Position numbers and translations under genes: made by a program
Origin: a virus
Taxonomy: Duplodnaviria; Heunggongvirae; Uroviricota; Caudoviricetes
DNA: 23,244 nucleotides
Strand: one strand, 5' to 3'
Virus record (IMG/VR): IMGVR_UViG_3300023543_000254
Coordinates: 1-23,244 of that record
Notes under the pieces: generated by a model
Told to the model about the DNA's origin: nothing
The model's input: the letters and a program-made list of their open reading frames with translations, nothing else
Database searches by the model: none
In this document: in pieces, positions 7,946 to 16,696 of the stretch
How positions within the stretch are numbered: position 1 is the first letter of the stretch
Layout of the letters: the number at the start of each line of letters is the position of its first letter

Positions 7946-8596
7946 TCAGCGGCTGTCATTGCGCAGTCTGCGCTCCAGCTGCTGTTTGTCTTTTTTCACG
8001 CCACAGCGAGGATCGAGCTGTAACGCATGGTTGAGATGATTAAGGGCGGAAGCCGGGTTGCTTTCACTCAGGACAGCGCCAATCGCTTTATGCAGACGCG
8101 CCCGTGACTGGTCCGGCATATCCAGACCGTCTGTCAGCTCCAGCGTCTGCAGCAACAGGTCGGCATCAAAGCCGGTGGCGGCAAGCATTGCGCTCTGGGC
8201 TGCATCTGCCATTTCCTCTGCCAGCACGGTCTGCACGTTGCGGTTACCCAGCGGCATCACCCAGCCATGACGCAGGGCATGACGCCCGATCTCCAGCGCC
8301 CCGGCATAATCTCCGGCATCAATGCGCCACAGCATCACGTACATCAGCACGTCATCCTGTTGAGCGCCTCCGGCAGCCAGAACGCCCTCCGCCCAGGCGG
8401 CATATTTCGGCAGCAGCTCCACCTTGATTTCCGCTTTTTTAACCGTGGACTGAACGCCCTTGAGACGGCGGCGGTCTTCCGCCAGTTGCAGCAGCATCAG
8501 GTCATAGCCCGACGCGTGGCGAACACTACCACCCTCGCGAGCGGCCTGTTCAGCCTGAACGCGCAGGCGATGCTGCCGTGCGGGACTCAGGCTCAT
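7946..8596 (-). CDS. M: Terminase small (endonuclease) subunit M
   Basis: 216-aa ORF directly downstream of N; resembles P2 gpM as recalled; conserved gene order. Confidence 0.85.
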   Translation of the reverse strand: MSLSPARQHRLRVQAEQAAREGGSVRHASGYDLMLLQLAEDRRRLKGVQSTVKKAEIKVELLPKYAAWAEGVLAAGGAQQDDVLMYVMLWRIDAGDYAGALEIGRHALRHGWVMPLGNRNVQTVLAEEMADAAQSAMLAATGFDADLLLQTLELTDGLDMPDQSRARLHKAIGAVLSESNPASALNHLNHALQLDPRCGVKKDKQQLERRLRNDSR

Positions 8597-8599
8597 GAA

Positions 8600-9658
8600 T
8601 TACGCTCCGGTTTCTGCTGCGGCGGCGCTGAAGTCACCAATCTGGATGTTTTCCACCAGTGCAGCGCAGCGATAGTCCTCAACCACATAGGCTTCGTTAA
8701 CGGATTCAAAATTTTCAATCCGGTCACGTTTCGGGTTGTCGATAACTGAACGGCGGCGGGTATCTTCCTGCCAGTAGATGGACAGGTTATCCAGACGGGT
8801 GATCAGCAGCGCATTCGGCGGGAAGAACGGCGCACGCACCGCCTGCAGGCCACCCATGCGTTTCTGACTGATGATCATATCGGCAGCCAGTTTTTCACTG
8901 TTTTCCTGCTCTTTGTTGACCAGCGGGAAATACTTGTCAGACAGCAGTTCACGCCCGCAAATCACCACCAGATCGTCATCGTCCTGGTAGACAACGTCGA
9001 TAAGCTCATTGACGGCATCCATCACCACGGCGTCCAGGTTGGCATATTCGCCACCTTTACCGACTTTCACCGCACGCGGTGTGGTTTCACCGCCCGTGGT
9101 GCTGCTGCCCATGACGTGATCCGGTGCATCCTCACGGATTTTCTGTAACCAGCCTTTGTTCACATCCTGCAGCAGCGGGTTTTCGCTACGGTTGGAGGTT
9201 TTCGCACGCTTCACGCCGTTAAAGCCGATCATGATGCGGTCCAGTGCCTGACGTTTCACGATGGCGTCACGGATACGCACCTGGAAATCCTGAAACTTCG
9301 CCCACAGGTCCAGCTTCGCGTAGGTCAGTACCGTGTCAAAGTTGGTCTGCTCGCATTTGTATTCCACATCGACCATCAGCGTAGGATCGACAGGTTCACG
9401 CTCTTTCGCGGTGGTGTCAGTGGTTCCGGCAATGGTGCTGCCAACACCCAACCCCAGCAGCTGACCGGACTGCTCAGTCACTGGCGTGACGTTAATCAGC
9501 GTCAGGAAAGCGGCGGACTGCTGGATCTGGTCTTCCAGCGTCTGCTGTACAGACGGCTCCACGGTGAACTTGCTGGACAGTTCTTCAACTGCCACACCGT
9601 TCAGACGCGCCAGCTGCTGCAGGTAAGCGTTAAAAGCAAAGCGGGTATTCTTCTTCAT
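8600..9658 (-). CDS. N: Major capsid protein N
   Basis: 352-aa ORF; size, position and sequence character match P2 gpN precursor. Confidence 0.9.
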   Translation of the reverse strand: MKKNTRFAFNAYLQQLARLNGVAVEELSSKFTVEPSVQQTLEDQIQQSAAFLTLINVTPVTEQSGQLLGLGVGSTIAGTTDTTAKEREPVDPTLMVDVEYKCEQTNFDTVLTYAKLDLWAKFQDFQVRIRDAIVKRQALDRIMIGFNGVKRAKTSNRSENPLLQDVNKGWLQKIREDAPDHVMGSSTTGGETTPRAVKVGKGGEYANLDAVVMDAVNELIDVVYQDDDDLVVICGRELLSDKYFPLVNKEQENSEKLAADMIISQKRMGGLQAVRAPFFPPNALLITRLDNLSIYWQEDTRRRSVIDNPKRDRIENFESVNEAYVVEDYRCAALVENIQIGDFSAAAAETGA

Positions 9659-9674
9659 CGGGTTTTGTGCTCCA

Positions 9675-10508
9675 TCAGCAATTGGTCAGAGTGTCAGCGG
9701 GGGCGTTACCGCCTGTTGCACGCTGGCGGTAGTCCTGGCGGCTGTCTTCATGACTCAGCTTGTCCACCAGTTCGTTAAAGGCGGTTTGCTGTGCCTGCAG
9801 GGCAGTCTCCAGCTCAGACAGGCGTTCTTCCTGCTCAGACAGGGATTTTTCGGTGCGTGCGCTCAGGTTCTGCTGCTCAGTGGCGACCAGCTCCACGGCC
9901 TTATGCACATCAGAGAACCGGGCGTCATCGGACTGCTCTTTTTTGGTAAACAGCGCCGTGACACGGGCAAACAGGGACGGTTTGTCGTCCTGGATTTCTT
10001 CCAGTTCGATCACCGTTTCCTCTGCAGCGGTAAAGAGATTGGCAGGATTCTGCTTGCGGTTTGCCAGTGGGTTATGGGCTGCACTGGCGCTGAATGTCAG
10101 CATTTCAGTGCCCAGACTGGCAGGGTCATCAGTGGCAGCCAGGCCGACCAGGTAGGCTTTGCCCGTATCAGCGAACTTCGGGCTGACTTCCATAGAGGTG
10201 AATAATTTCTGGCCTTTTTTCACCAGCTCCACCAGGGACTCCGTTGGCTCAACGTCGGCATACAGCGCCATCTTGCCTGCCAGCGGACCTTCCGTGATTT
10301 CTTCAGCAAACAGCGCCGTCACCTTGCCGTAGCGGTTAAAGGTGCTGTCCGGCAGATAAGACTTGATGTGCTCAAGGTTAATCAGCGCGGTATACACCGC
10401 CGGGTTGTAGCTGGCTGCCATCTGTTCCAGCCATTCACGCTGGATTTCGCGTCCGTCGGTGGTGGCACCTTCCACCCCGATGCGAAAACGCTTTGCTTTC
10501 ACTGTCAT
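9675..10508 (-). CDS. O: Capsid scaffolding protein O
   Basis: 277-aa ORF MTVKAKRFRIGVEGATTDGREI..., acidic coiled-coil C-terminal half typical of gpO; divergent from P. Confidence 0.85.
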   Translation of the reverse strand: MTVKAKRFRIGVEGATTDGREIQREWLEQMAASYNPAVYTALINLEHIKSYLPDSTFNRYGKVTALFAEEITEGPLAGKMALYADVEPTESLVELVKKGQKLFTSMEVSPKFADTGKAYLVGLAATDDPASLGTEMLTFSASAAHNPLANRKQNPANLFTAAEETVIELEEIQDDKPSLFARVTALFTKKEQSDDARFSDVHKAVELVATEQQNLSARTEKSLSEQEERLSELETALQAQQTAFNELVDKLSHEDSRQDYRQRATGGNAPADTLTNC

Positions 10509-10586
10509 GAGCCGTGCTCCGTTAGAAAAAACTTACTGGAGCCTTATGGTTGCGGTGATGGGGGCAGTGAAACAATGCGCGGTATT

Positions 10587-10604
10587 TGTACCGACAACCA
10601 CACA
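10587..10604. promoter_or_regulatory. TGT-N12-ACA dyad in the O/P divergent late-promoter region
   Basis: tgt-accgacaaccac-aca read directly in the 142-bp O-P intergenic region; matches the P2-family late-promoter activator dyad. Confidence 0.35.
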
Positions 10605-10650
10605 AACCGCAGGCGGGGAAAGCCGTCATTCAAGGCTGTAGGTTTGTGCC

Positions 10651-12417
10651 ATGAACACCACACTGACACCCGCAGATCTCGATCCCCGTCGGCAGGCCAT
10701 GCTGCTGTACTTTCAGGGATACCGCGTAGCCCGCATTGCTGAAATGCTGGGCGAGAAAGTTGCAACCGTTCACAGCTGGAAAAAACGCGACAAGTGGGGT
10801 GACTATGGGCCGCTGGATCAGATGCAGCTCACCACCGCCGCACGCTACTGCCAGCTCATTATGAAGGAGCACAAAGAAGGGAAAGATTTCAAAGAGATTG
10901 ACCTGCTGGCGCGCCAGTCTGAGCGCCACGCGCGGATCGGCAAGTTTAACAATGGCGGCAACGAAGCCGACTTAAACCCTAACGTCGCCAACCGCAATAA
11001 AGGCCCACGCCGTCAGCCGGAAAAGAATGTTTTCACCGATGAGCAGATTGAGAAGCTGGAAGAAATCTTCCATTCCTCCATGTTCAACTACCAGCGCCAC
11101 TGGTGGGAAGCCGGAAAAACCAACCGCATCCGCAACCTGCTGAAGTCACGCCAGATCGGCGCGACCTTCTATTTTGCCCGTGAAGCCCTGATTGACGCCC
11201 TGCTTACCGGACGTAACCAGATTTTCCTTTCTGCCAGTAAGGCTCAGGCCCACGTCTTTAAACAATACATCATCGACTTCGCCAAAGAAGTCGAGGTGGA
11301 GCTAAAAGGCGATCCGATGGTGCTTCCTAACGGAGCCACGCTTTACTTCCTCGGCACCAATGCCCGCACGGCCCAGAGTTATCACGGCAACCTGTATCTG
11401 GATGAATATTTCTGGATACCGAAATTCCAGGAGCTGCGCAAAGTGGCTTCCGGGATGGCTATTCACAAAAAATGGCGACAAACCTATTTTTCCACGCCAT
11501 CCAGCCTGACCCACAGTGCTTATCCGTTCTGGTCCGGTGCGCTGTTCAACCGTGGACGCAAAAAAGCTGACAAGGTGGACATCGACCTGTCCCACAGCAA
11601 TTTGGCCCCCGGCCTGCTGTGCGCAGACGGGCAATACCGCCAGATAGTCACCGTGGAAGATGCGGTGCGCGGCGGCTGTAACCTGTTCGACCTCGACCAG
11701 CTACGCATGGAGTACAGCCCGGACGAATACCAGAACCTGCTGATGTGCGAGTTCGTGGACGATCTCGCGTCCGTGTTCCCGCTCAGCGAACTGCAGGCGT
11801 GCATGGTGGACAGCTGGGAAGTCTGGACCGACTTTCATGCACTGGCCCTGCGCCCGTTTGGCTGGCGCGAAGTGTGGATCGGTTATGACCCGGCAAAAGG
11901 TACGCAGAACGGCGACAGTGCCGGATGCGTGGTGGTGGCTCCGCCAGCCGTGCCGGGTGGTAAGTTCCGCATTCTTGAGCGTCACCAGTGGCGCGGGATG
12001 GACTTCCGCGCCCAGGCTGACGCCATCAAAAAACTCACCGAACAGTACAACGTGACCTATATCGGTATCGACTCAACCGGCGTTGGTCACGGGGTTTATG
12101 AGAACGTGAAAGCGTTCTTTCCTGCCGTCCGGGAGTTTGTCTACAACCCCAATGTTAAAAACGCCCTGGTACTCAAGGCCTACGACATTATCAGCCACCG
12201 CCGTCTGGAGTTTGACGCCGGGCACACCGACATTGCGCAGTCATTCATGGCAATCCGTCGCGCCACCACTGCCAGCGGCAACCGCCCGACCTATGAAGCC
12301 AGCCGCAGCGAAGAAGCCAGCCACGCCGATCTGGCCTGGGCAACGATGCACGCACTGTTTAACGAACCGCTGCAGGGCGAATCCGCCAATACCAGCAATA
12401 TTGTGGAGATTTTTTGA
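10651..12417 (+). CDS. P: Terminase large (ATPase) subunit P
   Basis: 588-aa ORF; N-terminus MNTTLTPADLDPRRQAMLLYFQGYRVARIAEMLGEKVATVHSWK... and C-terminus ...SEEASHADLAWATMHAL... closely match recalled P2 gpP. Confidence 0.9.
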   Translation: MNTTLTPADLDPRRQAMLLYFQGYRVARIAEMLGEKVATVHSWKKRDKWGDYGPLDQMQLTTAARYCQLIMKEHKEGKDFKEIDLLARQSERHARIGKFNNGGNEADLNPNVANRNKGPRRQPEKNVFTDEQIEKLEEIFHSSMFNYQRHWWEAGKTNRIRNLLKSRQIGATFYFAREALIDALLTGRNQIFLSASKAQAHVFKQYIIDFAKEVEVELKGDPMVLPNGATLYFLGTNARTAQSYHGNLYLDEYFWIPKFQELRKVASGMAIHKKWRQTYFSTPSSLTHSAYPFWSGALFNRGRKKADKVDIDLSHSNLAPGLLCADGQYRQIVTVEDAVRGGCNLFDLDQLRMEYSPDEYQNLLMCEFVDDLASVFPLSELQACMVDSWEVWTDFHALALRPFGWREVWIGYDPAKGTQNGDSAGCVVVAPPAVPGGKFRILERHQWRGMDFRAQADAIKKLTEQYNVTYIGIDSTGVGHGVYENVKAFFPAVREFVYNPNVKNALVLKAYDIISHRRLEFDAGHTDIAQSFMAIRRATTASGNRPTYEASRSEEASHADLAWATMHALFNEPLQGESANTSNIVEIF

Positions 12418-13442
12418 TGGGAAAGAGTAAGAAAAACCGCGCTGCGGCGACGAATCAGCTCAAGCATAAAAGCCAGACTTCAGCCGAAGCATTCAGCTTT
12501 GGCGATCCCGTTCCTGTTCTGGACCGCCGTGAACTGCTGGACTATGTGGAATGCGTACAGATGGACCGCTGGTATGAGCCGCCCGTCAGCTTTGACGGAC
12601 TGGCACGAACCTTCCGCGCTGCCGTGCATCACAGCTCACCGATTGCAGTAAAATGCAACATTCTGACCAGCACCTACATCCCTCACCCGCTGCTCAGCCA
12701 GCAGGCTTTTTCACGTTTTGTGCAGGACTATCTGGTATTTGGTAACGCCTACCTGGAGAAACGCACGAACCGCTTCGGTGAAGTTATCGCCCTTGAGCCT
12801 GCTCTGGCAAAATACACCCGACGCGGGTTAGACCTGGATACCTACTGGTTTGTGCAATACGGCATGACCACGCAGCCGTATCAGTTCACGAAAGGCAGCA
12901 TTTTCCATCTGATGGAACCGGACATAAATCAGGAGATCTATGGCCTGCCCGGCTATCTTTCTGCTATTCCGTCAGCCCTGCTCAATGAGTCCGCCACGCT
13001 GTTCCGTCGCAAGTATTACATTAACGGCAGTCACGCGGGCTTCATCATGTACATGACCGATGCCGCGCAGAACCAGGAGGACGTGAACAACCTCCGCAAC
13101 GCGATGAAAAGCGCCAAAGGACCGGGTAACTTCCGCAACCTGTTTATGTACTCACCTAACGGCAAAAAGGACGGGCTTCAGATTATCCCGTTGTCAGAGG
13201 TCGCGGCGAAGGATGAGTTTCTGAATATCAAAAATGTCAGCCGCGATGACATGATGGCTGCGCACCGCGTACCGCCTCAGATGATGGGGATAATGCCAAA
13301 TAATGTTGGGGGTTTTGGGGATGTGGAAAAAGCGAGCTTGGTCTTTGTTCGTAATGAACTTATTCCTTTACAAAAAAGGCTTGAGGAGGTAAACACATGG
13401 GTAAGTGATGAAATAGTTCGCTTTAAAGATTATGTTTTATAG
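12417..13442 (+). CDS. Q: Portal protein Q
   Basis: ORF track 12414..13442 from TTG; ATG at 12417 overlaps P stop; about 341 aa, matching P2 gpQ size and P-Q order. Confidence 0.9.
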   Translation: MGKSKKNRAAATNQLKHKSQTSAEAFSFGDPVPVLDRRELLDYVECVQMDRWYEPPVSFDGLARTFRAAVHHSSPIAVKCNILTSTYIPHPLLSQQAFSRFVQDYLVFGNAYLEKRTNRFGEVIALEPALAKYTRRGLDLDTYWFVQYGMTTQPYQFTKGSIFHLMEPDINQEIYGLPGYLSAIPSALLNESATLFRRKYYINGSHAGFIMYMTDAAQNQEDVNNLRNAMKSAKGPGNFRNLFMYSPNGKKDGLQIIPLSEVAAKDEFLNIKNVSRDDMMAAHRVPPQMMGIMPNNVGGFGDVEKASLVFVRNELIPLQKRLEEVNTWVSDEIVRFKDYVL

Positions 13443-13484
13443 TCACCTTAAAATTAAAATAACCATAAAACATTAGTAATCTAA

Positions 13485-13504
13485 AGAGGCGCTAGAGCGC
13501 CTCT
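13485..13504. terminator. Perfect 8-bp inverted repeat between convergent Q and ATPase genes, candidate bidirectional terminator
   Basis: agaggcgc-taga-gcgcctct read directly, flanked by U-rich sequence on both strands. Confidence 0.35.
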
Positions 13505-13514
13505 TCTAATTATC

Positions 13515-14822
13515 TCAACCTTCATAGAGAAGTTTTTTCTTACGTATCTCTTCACTAAATGTCTTGGAATTCAAGTCAATCAAATTAAGATCTCGAACTT
13601 TTCTAGATGCTGTATATTGACTAGTATCCAGCATATATGCCTCAAAAACTAAGCCATCAGCACCTTTCTTCAAAGTAACCCGAGACTGGACTAAATGCAC
13701 TAATCTTAAATCAATTAACTGGTTAATAGCATCCTTGACAGGGCCAGTCATTTTTTGATTAATTAGAAAAATATTACATTTTGCATCATTCAAACAAAAT
13801 GCCACAAGTTTTGTGAATGCTTCCTCCAAGGCAATACGATCATCATCAGCATCTAATTTAAATTCTTCACGCTTGATATCACCATATTCACCAGTAGCAA
13901 GATTCACATCTTCTGCACCAATTCGAGGACCTCTAGGATGATCTGGCCCTCTTTCTCTCGCATGGTTAATAGCTTTAGTAAATATCCCAATAAAGTCCCT
14001 AGTAACACCACCCGAAGCAATAATCAACCTATCTACTGCAGTCGTATTTAATAGTCCATTTACTGTGATAGGCGGCGTTTCTACCATTAGATTAGTGAGT
14101 ATTTTTTGCATAAACTGTTTTAAAGTTGCAAATTTTTCCAAAGAAATATCTATATTTATTTCTTTTGCATCATCACCAAGTTTAACACCAGTAGGAGGAT
14201 CTGTATGAATATACCATTCACTTCTATGCTTGATAGTACCAATTTTCAACCACAAACCATTTCCTTTGGCAACCCTATGAAAATAATCAATAACTTTAGC
14301 CTGATCACTTCTTCTAATATGATATAGATCATCAAGTATTAAATATGCCGGCCCTTCAGACAATTCGGAAAGCTTGTTAAAAAACCTTTGAAACTTAAGT
14401 ATATTTTGATGTAAGTATTCAGTTTTTAATGATTTATATCCTTCACTAATTTCTTTGGTACCTGTATTTCCTTTTTTAACTCCCACTCCTACATCTACTG
14501 GACCTTGCTTCAAGGAAGCATTACCAGAAGCTTCAAAACTTCTTGTGGAAGTTTCCTTTCTTTGCACATTAATTTCTTCTGGCTGCAAAAGTTTATTTTC
14601 TAAATCTTGAATGATGCTTTTGAGCTCACGGACAAGCTCATTTGTAGGATTTTTTTTGAAAGGTTTCCTTTCCGGCGCTCTACCAAAAATTCGATTCCAA
14701 AAAGTAGTTTTAGTAGCTGGGGTTAATGCAGCAGTTTCTAACCAAACCTCGAATTCTTGTAGGCTTTTAATAAGAACACTAATTAGGACATCAGGGTATG
14801 AATGACCTTTAAATGTCTCCAT
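13515..14822 (-). CDS. C-terminal segment of a P-loop ATPase (carries Walker B-like LILDD), AT-rich cargo
   Basis: 435-aa ORF in AT-rich DNA; hhhhDD motif (AYLILDDLYH) about 165 residues in; no Walker A of its own; upstream neighbour carries the Walker A in a different frame. Confidence 0.6.
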   Translation of the reverse strand: METFKGHSYPDVLISVLIKSLQEFEVWLETAALTPATKTTFWNRIFGRAPERKPFKKNPTNELVRELKSIIQDLENKLLQPEEINVQRKETSTRSFEASGNASLKQGPVDVGVGVKKGNTGTKEISEGYKSLKTEYLHQNILKFQRFFNKLSELSEGPAYLILDDLYHIRRSDQAKVIDYFHRVAKGNGLWLKIGTIKHRSEWYIHTDPPTGVKLGDDAKEINIDISLEKFATLKQFMQKILTNLMVETPPITVNGLLNTTAVDRLIIASGGVTRDFIGIFTKAINHARERGPDHPRGPRIGAEDVNLATGEYGDIKREEFKLDADDDRIALEEAFTKLVAFCLNDAKCNIFLINQKMTGPVKDAINQLIDLRLVHLVQSRVTLKKGADGLVFEAYMLDTSQYTASRKVRDLNLIDLNSKTFSEEIRKKKLLYEG

Positions 14823-14848
14823 ATCAACAAAAGAAATTGGTCTTCTAT

Positions 14849-15073
14849 CTATTGTAGATCTGCAACTACCTTCCTCAACAATGAGGACTTACCAGAGCCC
14901 CTTCTACCAAAAATCAAACTGTGCTGCTTGGCTTTCGATTGAGCAAGAACGCCAGGCGCGGGTTCTATGAATCTCTTGACATTTTCAGGCGTAGCCCTCA
15001 TAGCTTCATCACACAAAATGATCAAGTTATCTACTTGTTCATCTCTTAACTGAGATATTTCGTTTTTAGACAT
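14849..15073 (-). CDS. N-terminal segment of the same P-loop ATPase (Walker A GRRGSGKSSLL); probable frameshift-split gene
   Basis: 74-aa ORF with AAGGA RBS; Walker A at residues 56-63, then a stop; next ORF starts 27 nt downstream in the -1 frame. Confidence 0.55.
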   Translation of the reverse strand: MSKNEISQLRDEQVDNLIILCDEAMRATPENVKRFIEPAPGVLAQSKAKQHSLIFGRRGSGKSSLLRKVVADLQ

Positions 15074-15175
15074 TGGAAAATCCTTTTAGGAAAAAGCTCA
15101 AGCTATCAAGAATCCTTTATCCGAACAACTGTTTTAATTTATATATCTATCTGGTTCAGCGCGCGCTCGTATCCC

Positions 15176-15194
15176 CGCCACGCCTGCCCGCTTT
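15176..15194 (-). other. Candidate cos site (cohesive-end core)
   Basis: Minus strand reads ggcgtggcggggatacgag; first 13 nt identical to the 186 cos core as I recall it (GGCGTGGCGGGGA...), 14 of 19 match recalled P2 cos; orientation correct relative to Q; sits in a GC-rich island between AT-rich cargo blocks. Confidence 0.45.
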
Positions 15195-15239
15195 ATGTAG
15201 TGGTTTTCATGCAGGTGCATGATCTACGCAAAAGCCCGC

Positions 15240-15263
15240 CAGTTCTGGCGGGCCTTAGCGAAA
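15240..15263 (-). terminator. GC-rich hairpin followed by U-run on minus strand, candidate rho-independent terminator
   Basis: gcccgcc-agttct-ggcgggc with aaaa on the plus-strand 5' side (UUUU after the stem on the minus strand). Confidence 0.35.
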
Positions 15264-15526
15264 ACGATCCTCAAACGATCATGCAATCTCATGCAGCATA
15301 GACATGCACAGACGAGTAAAGCGAATCGGACCTTACGCAAGGTGAACTCCTCAGCGGGCATAATCAGTATGTCGGAAGATCTCTAAAAATAAATAATTCG
15401 GTTAACAGGTATGCTTACAAAAGCATATATTTGATTAAAAATCATGTAAGGGGGAGGATCTCAAACTGAATCGCCACGGGTTTTACAAATTTCGATAGTC
15501 TCTCTAACGTTTCGGCTGAGGTCAAA

Positions 15527-15952
15527 ATGAAAAGCTTTTACGTATTAATTTTAATTCTGGTTGCAAGCTTTGTTAGCGTCCCAGTTCAGGCGGTAACAGC
15601 TAAAAACTATGAGAAAGGAACTAAAGCTCAACAGAAATCAATATCTTACCTTTCATGTGCATTCTATGGCAGTAGCACACAATTAGATCCTAGCTACACG
15701 GAGCAAGTACCTACAGCCGATATCAAGATATTACAGAAAGCAGCTTACCACGCTTACAACGATGCGCTCTCATACTTTGGCTATGAGGAACCAGATCACG
15801 AACAACGCATAATTGATTATGCTGAATTTGTGGCGTCGCAAGAAGCTGTGTTATGGGATAAGCCGGGAATGAATGGAAAGCAGGTAACACTAATTGCTCG
15901 TTCTCTCTACAATGAGAGTAACTGTAACTTGTTACTGGACTCAATTAAGTAG
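15527..15952 (+). CDS. Small secreted/periplasmic protein of unknown function (signal peptide), AT-rich cargo
   Basis: 141-aa ORF; N-terminus MKSFYVLILILVASFVSVPVQA looks like a Sec signal peptide with AxA-like cleavage site; two Cys in mature part; TGAGG RBS. Confidence 0.65.
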   Translation: MKSFYVLILILVASFVSVPVQAVTAKNYEKGTKAQQKSISYLSCAFYGSSTQLDPSYTEQVPTADIKILQKAAYHAYNDALSYFGYEEPDHEQRIIDYAEFVASQEAVLWDKPGMNGKQVTLIARSLYNESNCNLLLDSIK

Positions 15953-16111
15953 GAAAAAGATGGTATTTTGCCCGTAGTTTCAACCTTAATCTCCGAACCT
16001 GTCGCAGAACGGGCGTTCACTCATCAAATAAACGCCACACCTAACGCCTCACTGTACTCGTTGTTCAACCTTGCTGACGCCAGAACCAAGTTCAGACGCC
16101 AGCAACTTTTC

Positions 16112-16345
16112 TTAATGCAGCCAGCTGTCGTCTTCCCACACCTTCTGCATAATCTTCATCACTTGTTTTCTTTCTTCGTCCAGTTGCAGTCCGGTCAGTT
16201 CCACACCGTTAGAGCTACCTTTGCGGATGCGAATTACCATTTTGGGATACAGGGGGCGCAGATTGCGGTAAAGCTCGGATTCAAGGGCGTCCAGGGTAGA
16301 CTGGCTAATCTTCTGCTCTTTATCGATCATTATTTCAATGCGCAT
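16112..16345 (-). CDS. dinI: DinI-like protein
   Basis: ORF track 16112..16417; ATG at 16345 with GAGGTGA RBS gives MRIEIMIDKEQKISQSTLDALESELYRNLRPLYPKMVIRIRKGSSNGVELTGLQLDEERKQVMKIMQKVWEDDSWL, which resembles E. coli DinI (MRIEVTIAKT...ALAGELSRRI...) in length and pattern. Confidence 0.8.
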   Translation of the reverse strand: MRIEIMIDKEQKISQSTLDALESELYRNLRPLYPKMVIRIRKGSSNGVELTGLQLDEERKQVMKIMQKVWEDDSWLH

Positions 16346-16355
16346 AAAGGTCACC

Positions 16356-16544
16356 TCAGCTGATGACATCCATTGAGCGGTTGTATTCGTGGGTTCTGAT
16401 TTTTGCCATGAGTTCATCAGTCAATTCAGAAACCCACTGCAGAGCCAGCCCCTTCTCTTCATCACTACACTCACTAGCCGCTACAAGCTTAAGAAAAAAA
16501 TCAATGCGCTGGAGCTTCAAAGACTCCAAAAAATAGTCCTGCAT
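16356..16544 (-). CDS. Small protein (62 aa) at head of LexA-controlled operon; possible Tum-like antirepressor
   Basis: ATG with strong AGGAGG RBS; 43 nt downstream of a perfect LexA box; function by position only. Confidence 0.55.
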   Translation of the reverse strand: MQDYFLESLKLQRIDFFLKLVAASECSDEEKGLALQWVSELTDELMAKIRTHEYNRSMDVIS

Positions 16545-16586
16545 CTTTCCTCCTATGACACCAAAGCAATACTGTATATATAACCA

Positions 16587-16602
16587 CTGTTTATATTTAC
16601 AG
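16587..16602. promoter_or_regulatory. LexA box (SOS operator) CTGT-N8-ACAG
   Basis: ctgtttatatttacag read directly, within an AT-rich promoter-like region upstream of the small-ORF/DinI-like operon. Confidence 0.6.
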
Positions 16603-16696
16603 TATATAATAATCTTACTGATGTAAAACGTTTTTTTACGTTCATCAGCCTGAAATGCCTGGTATTATTAAGAGCACGAATTGTTAACCCGCGTAA

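Noticed and set aside
14823-14891. Possibility that the large ATPase ORF extends upstream in its own frame to include the Walker A
   Set aside because: Hand translation shows an in-frame TAA at 14889..14891, and the Walker A is encoded only in the other frame, so a single continuous ORF is not supported by this sequence.
15968-16363. Plus-strand 131-aa ORF
   Set aside because: Antisense to the DinI-like gene and lacks a convincing RBS; the DinI-like reading on the minus strand resembles a known family.
16572-16587. Second LexA-like half-site ctgtatatataaccac next to the perfect box
   Set aside because: Has CTGT and the AT-rich spacer but lacks the ACAG arm, so it is not a canonical second SOS box.
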